From IMG/VR virus record IMGVR_UViG_3300037246_001629, positions 1 through 54,986 of that record: DNA of 54,986 nucleotides. One strand, given 5' to 3'. The position numbers were made by a program, and so were the translations under genes. The notes under the pieces were generated by a model that worked only from the letters and a program-made list of their open reading frames with translations, was not told the DNA's origin and did not search any database. This document shows positions 9,561-19,700 of this stretch, piece by piece. Numbering within the stretch: the first letter of the stretch is position 1; each line of letters begins with the position of its first letter. The DNA is from a virus (Duplodnaviria; Caudoviricetes).

Positions 9561-10122
9561 CTAGTTGTTTTTTGAGAAGTTCATCTGGAAATAATTCATC
9601 CTCATTTATATTTTCAGGTTCTCTCTTTTTCTCCTTTGACATAATTTTAGTCATAGATTTATATACCGCACTTTCCATCAGTTTGAAATCAGCCAAGAAT
9701 ACTCCAAGCGAATCAGCTATACTTGTATGAACAATTGCAAAATCCTCTTTGAGATCAGCAGTGTTTGCAATACCCATGAATTTACCAAGTGCATTAAGAA
9801 TAGTTATTTTCTCAGCATCAGTATTCGCATTAGGTAACCATTTCTCAAGCGTATATTTTCGAACCTCAGATATAGTATTTAATCTGTTCTCCTGTGCCTT
9901 ATCGCGTTCAGCGATAATTGTTTTCTGTTTCTCATCCCAATGTTCAATTCCATATGTGGAAATAAACCAGAGACAGAGGACCATCCATACAATACCTATT
10001 CCAATCATGTTCATAGGATTGAATGAATCACCCTGACGGAGTTTAAGAGCCACATCTGTTGCTAGACCTGATGTGATAGTACCGAATATTACTCTGAATA
10101 CTCTGATCTGACGGCCTAGCAT
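9553..10122 (-). CDS. Membrane protein (1-2 TM) with coiled coil; possible lysis/holin-like
   Basis: Hydrophobic MIGIGIVWMVLCLWFISTYGI segment; function is a guess. Confidence 0.5.
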   Translation of the reverse strand: MLGRQIRVFRVIFGTITSGLATDVALKLRQGDSFNPMNMIGIGIVWMVLCLWFISTYGIEHWDEKQKTIIAERDKAQENRLNTISEVRKYTLEKWLPNANTDAEKITILNALGKFMGIANTADLKEDFAIVHTSIADSLGVFLADFKLMESAVYKSMTKIMSKEKKREPENINEDELFPDELLKKQLGG

Positions 10123-10213
10123 TTGATCTATTTTGGATCCTATGATTTGAGCTTTGCCATCGGTATTATTTTTTTTTTTGATTTTTGTTATTGTTTCGAT
10201 TTTAATTCCTCCT

Positions 10214-10630
10214 CTAGTGGCGTGCCAAGATTGGAACTACTGTAATTGTTGTTTCCGCACCTACTGCCGCAGAGGAAGTGACTTTCATTGCATGAAAACC
10301 AAAAAGGTAAATCGGAGTATTATTACTTGTTGAATCCTGGACATCGACATAATGATCTTTAGCCTGTGCTAGACCTGCTTTGCTGTATACAAGAGCTTCT
10401 GCATTCTGCATATCTACAGGGAAGATTTCCACTGTCAGCGTAGCAGTTCCATTTGCAGGATGAATGACGATAAGGCCAACCATTTTTCCGTTAGCCTCAA
10501 AATTTTCAACTTGGATTGTTTCACCATTAGCAATTACTAATTCAATAGCACTACCTCTGAAACCTCTAGCAACATGAACGTTCTCGTCTTTTGCACGTCT
10601 ATCTACATTATATTTTGAACCATATGCCAT
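10214..10630 (-). CDS. Putative virion structural protein (beta-rich)
   Basis: GGTGAG RBS; head-gene cluster. Confidence 0.55.
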   Translation of the reverse strand: MAYGSKYNVDRRAKDENVHVARGFRGSAIELVIANGETIQVENFEANGKMVGLIVIHPANGTATLTVEIFPVDMQNAEALVYSKAGLAQAKDHYVDVQDSTSNNTPIYLFGFHAMKVTSSAAVGAETTITVVPILARH

Positions 10631-10639
10631 TTATCTCAC

Positions 10640-10939
10640 CTATTTTGCTGTGATCTTAGTACGGATAGAAAAACCATCAAGATCTGTCGTGTTTGTTTCT
10701 TCTGTCGTACCATTGTACGCTAGGATTTTACCAGAAGTGTATTTGAAATTATATCCAAGTACTGGTTCAAATTCAACCATTATGATTGTATTCACACTAA
10801 GAGCAGCAGCAAGATCCAGCGTATCACCGCCCGTTGCATATGAGCTAGACATAGTGATATCACGGATATATTCTTGTAGCAACCCTACATGGTTCTTTCT
10901 TGGAATACCATCAACAGTTGCAATTGTTGCATTTCCCAT
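10640..10939 (-). CDS. Small virion protein (possible head decoration)
   Basis: SSSYATGGDTL motif, recalled from small proteins encoded near MCP genes. Confidence 0.55.
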   Translation of the reverse strand: MGNATIATVDGIPRKNHVGLLQEYIRDITMSSSYATGGDTLDLAAALSVNTIIMVEFEPVLGYNFKYTSGKILAYNGTTEETNTTDLDGFSIRTKITAK

Positions 10940-11340
10940 TATTCACTCACTGTATCCTCTACAGGCTCAACTTTCTCAGCCTCGGCTTTAGCTTTCTCAG
11001 CCTCAACTATCTTTGCATATTTGCCCTGACTTTCTTTCAGTAGTCTCTGTATTGCAGGTGTTGACAGGTCTATTTTCCTATCAACGACATGCCTTTTCTT
11101 ATATTCTTTAGGAATTTTTGCATGCATTGATAGAAATGGGAATTGTTCTCTCTTACTATAGAAATATAGTATATCCTGTGGATGTGAGATTGCAACAACA
11201 TTACCCTGATCAAATCTGTATCCTCCGAATTTCTTCGCGTATAAAGATCTTCCAGAATGCTCATAAGAACTTTTACCTATTAATGCTAGGTATAATTTCT
11301 TAGGCATTGCTGATCCTTTTTCTTTCTTTACTTTACTCAT
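10939..11340 (-). CDS. Hypothetical protein
   Basis: 133-aa ORF, GGAGG RBS, coupled to neighbours. Confidence 0.65.
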   Translation of the reverse strand: MSKVKKEKGSAMPKKLYLALIGKSSYEHSGRSLYAKKFGGYRFDQGNVVAISHPQDILYFYSKREQFPFLSMHAKIPKEYKKRHVVDRKIDLSTPAIQRLLKESQGKYAKIVEAEKAKAEAEKVEPVEDTVSE

Positions 11341-11950
11341 CTGTGATATCCTCCTCTAGATCGAGGCTTTTACCCTCTGTGTTGACTGCTTCTAGCCATA
11401 TATCGACTAGTTCTCTTTTCTTGATTCTTCTTTTTGGAGCAGCCCATCCAAATTTTTCATTCAATGCATCAAATATATCTTGTCTTGTTACTGCATCATA
11501 ATTTGTTTCGGGATTAATCCCATTGATAGCGAATCTTACATCCATTGCTGTTATTTCCTGAGTTGGAGATTTGAGGGTAAGTTGTAAATCTCTTTTTCCA
11601 GGAAACTCGCGTAGGACAAATCTAATATCTGTCCACATCGGTTCGCATGTCTTTCCACCTTTATCCAGCGGTGTATCGCCTAGCGTACGCACAGATAATA
11701 AAAGCCATTCATTTCGATCAGTTCGCTTTGGATTGAATTTTCTATGACCACTTCTTAGAAGCCAATCATAGAATGCTACGCCACCAACGTAGCGTACCCA
11801 TATTTTCAATTTGCAGGAATAATCTTTTGGATCCTTCAATATCCCTTCAAGGTCTTTTTCAAACATCTTTCTGAAATCAGCTTCTTTCTTTCCATACTGA
11901 TTTTTCCAGTCGTTATCATTGCGGAGTGAACCTTTCATTTGCATTGCCAT
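11333..11950 (-). CDS. Hypothetical protein
   Basis: 205-aa ORF, GGTGG RBS, directly after MCP. Confidence 0.7.
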   Translation of the reverse strand: MAMQMKGSLRNDNDWKNQYGKKEADFRKMFEKDLEGILKDPKDYSCKLKIWVRYVGGVAFYDWLLRSGHRKFNPKRTDRNEWLLLSVRTLGDTPLDKGGKTCEPMWTDIRFVLREFPGKRDLQLTLKSPTQEITAMDVRFAINGINPETNYDAVTRQDIFDALNEKFGWAAPKRRIKKRELVDIWLEAVNTEGKSLDLEEDITDE

Positions 11951-11958
11951 AATACCAC

Positions 11959-13197
11959 CTATTGGAAATCTCTACATTGGAAATTGGCTCTTGGATTGTT
12001 ACATCCAATCTCACCAATACTGAGCAAAGCTTCCTTGCTCTTGAATGCATCTAGATCAATATAATCTGAGGATGCAAATAATGTGGTGGGTAGAAGATCT
12101 TTGTAGTAAGTTCCTACTTTAGTATCAAGATAGATACCGTAGATTCGCTCAAGAGTATCAGTTGTTACAGCAGTTGATTCAATGATTGGAATATCTCTGT
12201 ATGATGCAAGACCGAAGCCACCATCATTTTTGAGACCATCAACATTTCTTAGGCCCTTAAATCCTGATGCATATTTGCTAGGATTCACATTCTGGAATCT
12301 CTGTTTTGCTCCTTCTTCCTCAGACATTCTTTCAACCATATTTGGTCCAGTGATAAGAACTAACTGACCACCATAAAGTGATCCTGTTCTGTATCTTCTG
12401 GTTGCTGCAAGTGCTGTATCAACAATATCAAATGAGAAATCACGATCAACATTTGAATTGTGATTGACATAGGGATCAAGATCTGTTGAGCTGTCTTTGG
12501 TAATTCCGAAGATATCCTCGTCATTTGCATCATAAGATACTGCGGTTGTGAGTGCAGTTGTTGCAGTTAATCTGTCCAGAGATTCTGTATTGACATCTGC
12601 AAGTGTATCATAATCCTGAAGAAGATATGTCTCAATATCTCTCATGTGTTCCTGTTCGATAAGTGGCCTCTGAGATTCAAGTGGTGGAATATTATCATCA
12701 CCTGTTTTTGCAAGTAATATTGCCTTGAGAGATGCTTCATATGTGTGAATAATCTCTTTTGGAGTATTACTGTATTTCTCAGGCCCCTGGAAATCGGTAT
12801 CAGGAAGTACTGCACCTTCAGTATGTCCTCCACCTGTTGCATGTCTTGCTACTGCATAATTCCATCCAGATCTATCCCATGGTGCATGAGGTAGGATGTC
12901 ATATACATTATGGCTAAGGTCCTGTGTCTGATGTAATTGTGCTCCGTAGGTAATATTTGCAAAACCTGCGGTGTCTGTCAGCATAGGATCATCTGTTTTT
13001 TTCAGCCATGACATATAGGCCCCATCAGTATTTGGGAAATATGTTGCTAGCAGATCATCAATTGTATTGAAATTAAGTGATCTGCTCTTAATTTGACTAG
13101 TTGCATTAAGATATTCTTTTCTCTTTTTATCCATGATACCGACATATTTTATTACGTCACCTAGCATTGCTTCTGATAATTCAGTTACTCTTGGCAT
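11959..13197 (-). CDS. Major capsid protein (HK97 fold)
   Basis: 412 aa after protease/scaffold; ESLDRL, SYRDIPII and GEIGCNNPRAN motifs typical of HK97-type MCPs. Confidence 0.85.
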   Translation of the reverse strand: MPRVTELSEAMLGDVIKYVGIMDKKRKEYLNATSQIKSRSLNFNTIDDLLATYFPNTDGAYMSWLKKTDDPMLTDTAGFANITYGAQLHQTQDLSHNVYDILPHAPWDRSGWNYAVARHATGGGHTEGAVLPDTDFQGPEKYSNTPKEIIHTYEASLKAILLAKTGDDNIPPLESQRPLIEQEHMRDIETYLLQDYDTLADVNTESLDRLTATTALTTAVSYDANDEDIFGITKDSSTDLDPYVNHNSNVDRDFSFDIVDTALAATRRYRTGSLYGGQLVLITGPNMVERMSEEEGAKQRFQNVNPSKYASGFKGLRNVDGLKNDGGFGLASYRDIPIIESTAVTTDTLERIYGIYLDTKVGTYYKDLLPTTLFASSDYIDLDAFKSKEALLSIGEIGCNNPRANFQCRDFQ

Positions 13198-14522
13198 TAT
13201 ATTATCACCTTTTCCATTTTACCACCATTCACCTGAATTGCGATAACCTCAGCATTTGTTGCTATTCTTCCCTTAATTTTATGGGAATATGCATTTATTA
13301 CCTCGAGACCAGGAATACTGATTTCCTTTTCTTTTTCACCTGGTTTTACTCCACCTGCATTTGATTCAGGAGTATTGGTCTTTTGTAATCCAAATGCTTC
13401 AGGATCAGCTTTGATTAATTCCTGATAAGCCTGTACCTGTTCCTTTTTGGTAAGAGCAGCAGGTATTGCTGATTTGGTTTTGATTTTTACACCATCACCG
13501 AAATGAGATTGCAATCTTTTCTGAGCTTCTGACATTTCCTCTTCTTTGGCCATTTTTCTGAATTGATCGGAATCATCCATTAGTTGTATGAGTTGTTCAT
13601 CTTGAACCAGGGTATAACCTTCTTTACTCATTTTTTTCATATCGGATCCATAAGATTCTCCACATTTTGGACAGGTCATCTTTTCCTTTTTCTTTGAATC
13701 CTTCTCATCTTTCTCATCATTATCTTCCATCTTAGTTTTCTCATCTTCAATGGGAGGGTTTTCATCTTCTTTCATTTTTGTTTTTAACTCCAGATTTTCT
13801 TTCTCTAGTTCAGTTATTTTAGTATCCTTGGTTTTTACCTCAGATACAGTACCACCGCAATCAGGCATTTTTTTAACATCCTTTTTCATTTTTGTTAGTA
13901 CAACCGAATATGGTTTGGATTGTTGGCCATCCTCTGCAAGCGTTACGCTCCAGAATTTAGTACCCATAACTTCCTTACCACAATTACCCTCAACATCACA
14001 TACATTTGAATGTTTTTTGGTTTTTCCAACACCGCGTAGCGATACTACGTTGAGCGTACCATTTTGACATAATTTCCAAACTACATCATCTAACGCTGGT
14101 GTATCGGTGTACATTTTAGATTCACCATAAATACACGCTACATCCTGATTAACATCAGAATTAAGTCGCTCTTTCATTTTTGGGAATCTCTCAGCCACCT
14201 CACCAATAGTTGTTTTCTCTAGATGATAGACTTTTCCATTAATAGTATCTGTATGCAGAAGCGTAAGAGATACGCCACGCTCAGAACTAAGCATGTCAGG
14301 AATAAGTTTGGCTACGCTATCAATATTATCGATCTCTCCATCATCATCCACATGTGCAGATGTAACAATGAAGTGAAGGATCCTATCTTTAGCTTTTTTC
14401 TCAAAAAAATCCATGTCCATTACAATACCAGGAACATTGAAAATATCCTCAAAATGTTTGGATAATTTACGATGTTCAGGTGTATGCTGAACTAGATATT
14501 TCAAATCGGTTGCCATTCTCAT
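13197..14522 (-). CDS. Prohead protease fused to scaffold, with a CPKC zinc knuckle
   Basis: His in LTLLHTD, Ser in VVSLRG, charged C-terminal scaffold; between portal/MuF and MCP. Confidence 0.75.
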   Translation of the reverse strand: MRMATDLKYLVQHTPEHRKLSKHFEDIFNVPGIVMDMDFFEKKAKDRILHFIVTSAHVDDDGEIDNIDSVAKLIPDMLSSERGVSLTLLHTDTINGKVYHLEKTTIGEVAERFPKMKERLNSDVNQDVACIYGESKMYTDTPALDDVVWKLCQNGTLNVVSLRGVGKTKKHSNVCDVEGNCGKEVMGTKFWSVTLAEDGQQSKPYSVVLTKMKKDVKKMPDCGGTVSEVKTKDTKITELEKENLELKTKMKEDENPPIEDEKTKMEDNDEKDEKDSKKKEKMTCPKCGESYGSDMKKMSKEGYTLVQDEQLIQLMDDSDQFRKMAKEEEMSEAQKRLQSHFGDGVKIKTKSAIPAALTKKEQVQAYQELIKADPEAFGLQKTNTPESNAGGVKPGEKEKEISIPGLEVINAYSHKIKGRIATNAEVIAIQVNGGKMEKVII

Positions 14523-14539
14523 AAATAATTAAGCATCAA

Positions 14540-14548
14540 GTATTTAAA
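14540..14548 (-). promoter_or_regulatory. Putative late-promoter TATA box TTTAAATAC
   Basis: 18-24 nt upstream of the protease start codons (14522/14516). Confidence 0.6.
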
Positions 14549-14550
14549 TA

Positions 14551-15036
14551 CTAATTATAATTGGTTGGACCTTGCATTTCGCAGACCATCTCAATTCCAA
14601 AAGCTGCAAAATCTTCAGGTATGATAAACCATATTTCATTATTTTTCATATCAATTGGTTTTCCTTTATTAAATTTCTCTACTGTTATTCTTGCACTCAT
14701 TATAGTATTTTTTGTTGCTAGCTTATCTTGATCCAAATGACCGTCAATTCCTGCATATCTTTTAAAATCAGAATTTTTTTTGAATTCAAATAAATTTATT
14801 GTTTTTTCTGAAGTATTCGCATCAATCATTCCTATTTTTATATCCACTTTCAAACCTGTTCCTAATGCATCTTGATCCATGAATTTCACCCATGATGCTG
14901 CGTTTTCTACCCATGTTAATTGAAAATTTAATCGTGTAAGATCGCTACCTCCAATTTTTTGAGTAAAACCCTGCCATTTTATTGTCTGTGCGGATACACG
15001 TAAATCTACTGTTTCTGAAATCGGATAATTAGTCAT
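14551..15036 (-). CDS. Hypothetical protein (probably structural)
   Basis: 161-aa ORF with own TTTAAA box. Confidence 0.6.
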   Translation of the reverse strand: MTNYPISETVDLRVSAQTIKWQGFTQKIGGSDLTRLNFQLTWVENAASWVKFMDQDALGTGLKVDIKIGMIDANTSEKTINLFEFKKNSDFKRYAGIDGHLDQDKLATKNTIMSARITVEKFNKGKPIDMKNNEIWFIIPEDFAAFGIEMVCEMQGPTNYN

Positions 15037-15066
15037 CTATATATATTATACTATTATATTTTTAAA

Positions 15067-15561
15067 CTAGAAAGCACTATTTTTCACAGCATCATTCCAT
15101 ATTCTAGGAGCCTCACGCAATCCTTTCTCAACCGCAGATCGTAGGAATGGTCGCTCACGCAATCCTGTTTTCTCAATAGTCTTTGCAATTGCCCATGCTA
15201 CTTTTTCAGGTTTTGGAATTCCCACACGTCTAGCCCATGCGATAAGCGGTGCAATCGGTGGTCGGTGTCCTGGATCAGTTCCAAACTCAACTGCCAATGC
15301 ATAGTCTTTTGATTCAGGCCCTCCAAATCCAACTATTACTTTATTTTTCTCATGTTTCGATGTACCTGAATTAGCAAGTGCTCCCGAATCAAATGCTTTT
15401 GTACTCGGTTCGAATTCTAGATTACGCTGTGCATCGGATAATATAAAATCAGCTAGATCTTGAAGATAAGTATCAACTATTTTTTGTTGCATTTTTTTTG
15501 CAGCAGATATATAATTATTCAAATCTGATGTGTCAAATTCTATCTTTATCTCAACGCCCAT
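15067..15561 (-). CDS. HK97 gp10-like tail completion protein
   Basis: DSGALANS, YALAVEFGT, RPFLRSAV motifs. Confidence 0.8.
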   Translation of the reverse strand: MGVEIKIEFDTSDLNNYISAAKKMQQKIVDTYLQDLADFILSDAQRNLEFEPSTKAFDSGALANSGTSKHEKNKVIVGFGGPESKDYALAVEFGTDPGHRPPIAPLIAWARRVGIPKPEKVAWAIAKTIEKTGLRERPFLRSAVEKGLREAPRIWNDAVKNSAF

Positions 15562-15562
15562 A

Positions 15563-15703
15563 TTATATCACCTTTATCCAACATTTGAAATGATCCTTTA
15601 GCATTATATCAGGATCATTTGTTATTATTTTACCGAAACAGACAGTACAAATGAATGTTTCAGGTTTTATTATTTTTCTAGATGTTATTTCTAAACTTTT
15701 CAA
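15563..15703 (-). CDS. Small C2HC zinc-finger protein, 46 aa (below track cutoff)
   Basis: TTG start overlaps MuF stop; CTVC...HFKC; fills the gap exactly. Confidence 0.5.
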   Translation of the reverse strand: MKSLEITSRKIIKPETFICTVCFGKIITNDPDIMLKDHFKCWIKVI

Positions 15704-16425
15704 ACAGCTCGCCTCGGTCCAGACCTGCAATTATAATGAGGATTAAGAGGTCGTTGAATAAAATCAGGAAACCATTTACCACCGCTGAAAGCTACTATTT
15801 CAAGTAATCTCTTCATCGGTACACCTCGTTTATTTGCTGCTTTTGCCTCTGCAGTGACAGTTGCATCTATCTCTATACAGCATTCAGTTACTCTGGAATC
15901 ATGACCACGCCCCCATGTATAAACATACTTTCCTTCAGGATCCCGTTTATCCCATTCTGTCATCCTTGCATTATTACGGAAAAACTGTGTCTCAGTTCTT
16001 GCAAGCGTCTGGAATTTGCTAAGTTCAGCATTTGCTATATTTGTAACTACTTCTTTAAATGGTATTTTATTTGTGATAATCATCTGTCGTAATGCAGGCA
16101 ATTGTGATAATTTACCGTAAAGACGCTCAGATAACCGTAAAATTCCGCTCTTAATATTTGCATTTGATATTAATTTTTGGAATTCTAGAAATATCTCAGT
16201 CTCGGGGATTTTTCTTGATGATCCCTCAACCAATCCGCGTTTGAATACTTTGAACATATGCTGTTCCATTTTACTATGCAATTCAGTGTATAATGAATTA
16301 TTTATCTCGCGGATAGCATCGTTGAATTCGGTTGGATCCTTGATTGTAATCAATGGTTCTACTATTGCATCATTCCAGTAGCCTGATATCTCGCGTACTA
16401 TCTGTGAACTAAAACTCTGTGACAT
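15700..16425 (-). CDS. MuF / SPP1 gp7-like minor head protein
   Basis: LARTE, W...DSRVTECC, PHYNCRS motifs. Confidence 0.85.
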   Translation of the reverse strand: MSQSFSSQIVREISGYWNDAIVEPLITIKDPTEFNDAIREINNSLYTELHSKMEQHMFKVFKRGLVEGSSRKIPETEIFLEFQKLISNANIKSGILRLSERLYGKLSQLPALRQMIITNKIPFKEVVTNIANAELSKFQTLARTETQFFRNNARMTEWDKRDPEGKYVYTWGRGHDSRVTECCIEIDATVTAEAKAANKRGVPMKRLLEIVAFSGGKWFPDFIQRPLNPHYNCRSGPRRAV

Positions 16426-16426
16426 A

Positions 16427-16723
16427 TTATCCCTCTATCTTTAATTCCTTCCAGTAATAAGGATCATAGTAAATATAGTAAGTATCATCCAGTACGATTA
16501 TATCTCCTATGGAAAAAAGACCAAACGTTACAGTCTTTTCCTTATCATAGAGTATACTCAGAATATCATTAATATTCCTATATTTTATTTCCTCATCAAT
16601 ATCACCTGAATGTGAATAAGTCTCATCAAATTCAGATTGTGATATTGTATCTAGTTTTCTTAGAATTATCTTTTGTTGTAATTCTGTGCTCTCTTCGCGA
16701 TTTAATTGATATACTTCTATCAT
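16427..16723 (-). CDS. Possible YodL-like domain protein
   Basis: C-terminal FSIGDIIVLDDTYYIY..WKEL resembles the YodL S.S.GD.V...Y motif. Confidence 0.4.
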   Translation of the reverse strand: MIEVYQLNREESTELQQKIILRKLDTISQSEFDETYSHSGDIDEEIKYRNINDILSILYDKEKTVTFGLFSIGDIIVLDDTYYIYYDPYYWKELKIEG

Positions 16724-16726
16724 AAT

Positions 16727-19700
16727 TTATACCTCCACTGGATATCCTGCACCACCATGATATCGGTGGCGTGGTTTCAGACCGAATAATACCTGCATTG
16801 TATCCTGCCATTTACTACCATGACCTTCTGTGAAATGTTTTAGTTTATTGGATTCAAACCATTCTCTTGTGAATTGTTTGCTGTATTCATTCATTTTATC
16901 AGCGATCAGCGTTGCTTCGAAACTATGCCATTCCAATGATTCATATTCTCGATGCATGGTCCAATAATCAGGAGCTGTACCCATGTGATCCATGAAATGT
17001 GCAATCTCATGTCTGATAGTTTCTTGAATACTAGTTGGATCTTTTTTGAATAATTCCATATTCAATGCAATTGTTCTACCTGCGAAATCAGAATATCCAA
17101 AAGATCTTGCATTAATTCCAGGAGGATCAAATTCTAGAATTATCTCAGGCATTCTATATTTACCTATATTCAATCTTTCTCTAGCCCATTCGACTTCTCC
17201 ATCAAATAATTTTTTGATTGCTTTTGTATCATTCTCATCAACCATTCTTCTGAGTTCGGTTTTTTTCTCATATTCCTTCATTTTATTATGTTTATAATAT
17301 TTCCAAAGCTCACCATCTTTGCGTATCTTTCCACGTTTGAGGACCTTCAATCGCTCTGAATTCTCATCAACGAATTTCTTACTCTCATCATATTTGCTAA
17401 GTTTATCCTCATAATCTTTCAGATTGTTAACACTTATTGCTAATAATTCGCTGAAGGTTTCAAGACCTTCCTCATCTGTTAATTCTGCAAAATCTGGATC
17501 TATCTCAACCCATGATTTATTCTTTATCACTCGTTCATATGTGGCTATTTCTTTCTTCTCAAATTCAACACGGTTCTCATAAAAATCTTTGTTGTTTGCA
17601 ATAGTTTTTGCTTCCTTCATCTGCGTTCCAAGAACATCGTATTGATCAGCAATATCATAATCTGGATATCTTCTTCGATCTTGATATACCTCAATATCTC
17701 GTTTGAGCGAATTTATCTCAGTCTCAATATCTAGTACTTCATAATCCATATCATACAGCTCTGTTCGCAGTGCTACTATCTGATCTGATATCTCGTCATT
17801 ATTCCATCGATCAGGATCATTTCTTAATTTATTTGCTTGCTTGACTTTCGTTTTTATATCTTTATTTATCTGTTTGACTTTCTTATCCTTGATAGCTATT
17901 TCAACTCTAGTCTCTTTTATCTGACCACGCATATCCTGTTTTACATCGCGTCGGTAATCTGGTAATAATTTTTTAGGTTTTTTTTTGTCATCTGCAACAG
18001 AATCAACAGATCCTGCATCTTTTCCCTGTTCGACTGCTTGCTTCTCCTCAGTGGACATATTCTCAAGTACTTCTTTCGGAATGAATTTACCACCTGCATA
18101 GAATTTACCCTGGATTGTGACACCTCCTTTCGGTGCTCTTAATTGTGCTTTCATCTGTAATTCATCTTCATAAACAATTTCAAGTATTTTGGTTTTTGGC
18201 TTGACTATCGCAGCAGTAACCATTTCCTGTTTTCTCTTATCGAGTACATATTTACGGTGATTACCATCGAGTAAATTATAGTTAATATCCATTATTAGAG
18301 GATCCATCTCTGTTGCTTCTGATAGATAATATATGATTGTTCCCGCACGCACGCGAGGCGATCCGTTCTCAATATCCTCCTCTTTGATCTCAAAATCAGG
18401 ATGTGATTTTATCTCGCTAAGATGTATAATTCTGAACTCAACTAGTTCATAATCATCCTTCCATTCCCAATCAGGATAAGTTTCTAGAAAATCATAAGGT
18501 TCTTTCATTTTCTTAAGTGCAACATCTGGAGTTTTGGGTGCTCCCTGTAATCCATCTGAACTTTTAGGCTGATCGCTAGTTTCAGATCCTTCTTCCAATG
18601 CAGGTACATCCTCATTCATTATCTGATATCCCGCAGCATTCTCCTCTTCAAATAATGCTTTATATGGATCATCTTCGGGCATATCTTTCTTTGCAATTAT
18701 CTGTAAATCATGATTAGAATCGAGTTTATTATCATATCCAAGTCGCAACATTTGTTCAGCATAACCTGCAACTTTTATCTTGTAATCTAGTTCAGCTACT
18801 TTATCCTGTTCCTCATTCGGTGCTAATCTAATTATCCAATCAGTAAGATTAAGTAAGTTTGATATTGGAGTTAGAAAATTACGGTTAATATATTGCTGTG
18901 CTTTGCTTACTGCACGGTTAGTAACGGTGAATTGTAAGCCCTCATTATTAAGACCACCACCTGCGGAAACATCTGCCTGCATGATAGGAGATACACCATA
19001 GAATGCTGACATTCTACCTCTTGCCTCATCACGCGTGGGTATGAATTCCATCTCTCGAGGTGTGGTATCAAATCGAACAAATTCAGGTTTTGCAGTTCCG
19101 TCTGGAGAATAAGGTAATACACCGATAGCGAATGGATCCATCTGTAATTCCTTACGCATTCTTTTTGTTTCTTTCCAAACATCTTCCCAGGATTTCGTAG
19201 TTGGTAATAATAAATATCCTGGAGTTTTATGATAATTCACATCGTCATAGTAATCAGACATATATTTCATCTGATTAGTAGTGAGCGATAATTCATATTG
19301 TAATGTGATTGCGGGGGGATATCCATTCAATGCTGATGGTCTGTGAAGTGATCCATGTAATACCTCATTTGTGATATATCTTTGGATTATAGTCTGCGTA
19401 CCTGGATGATATCGTACTGCAATAACAGGATATAGTATATTACCGCATCCATCAACATCGCAGAATGTTCCTGGCTCTTTTGCTATATGACCTCTATGCT
19501 CAACGCATGTCCATTCATATTTACCTATTTTATTAAATTTATCAACAGACCATGCCATATTTGCAGGATGAATAACCCATAATTCCTGCGGTGTTGTTGC
19601 CATAATATAGCCTTTATTGAGTATATATTCATTCTCAATCACCCACCAGCCATCATCCACGATATCAGTGAATTCAAGCGTCATCTCAATGAGATCAAAC

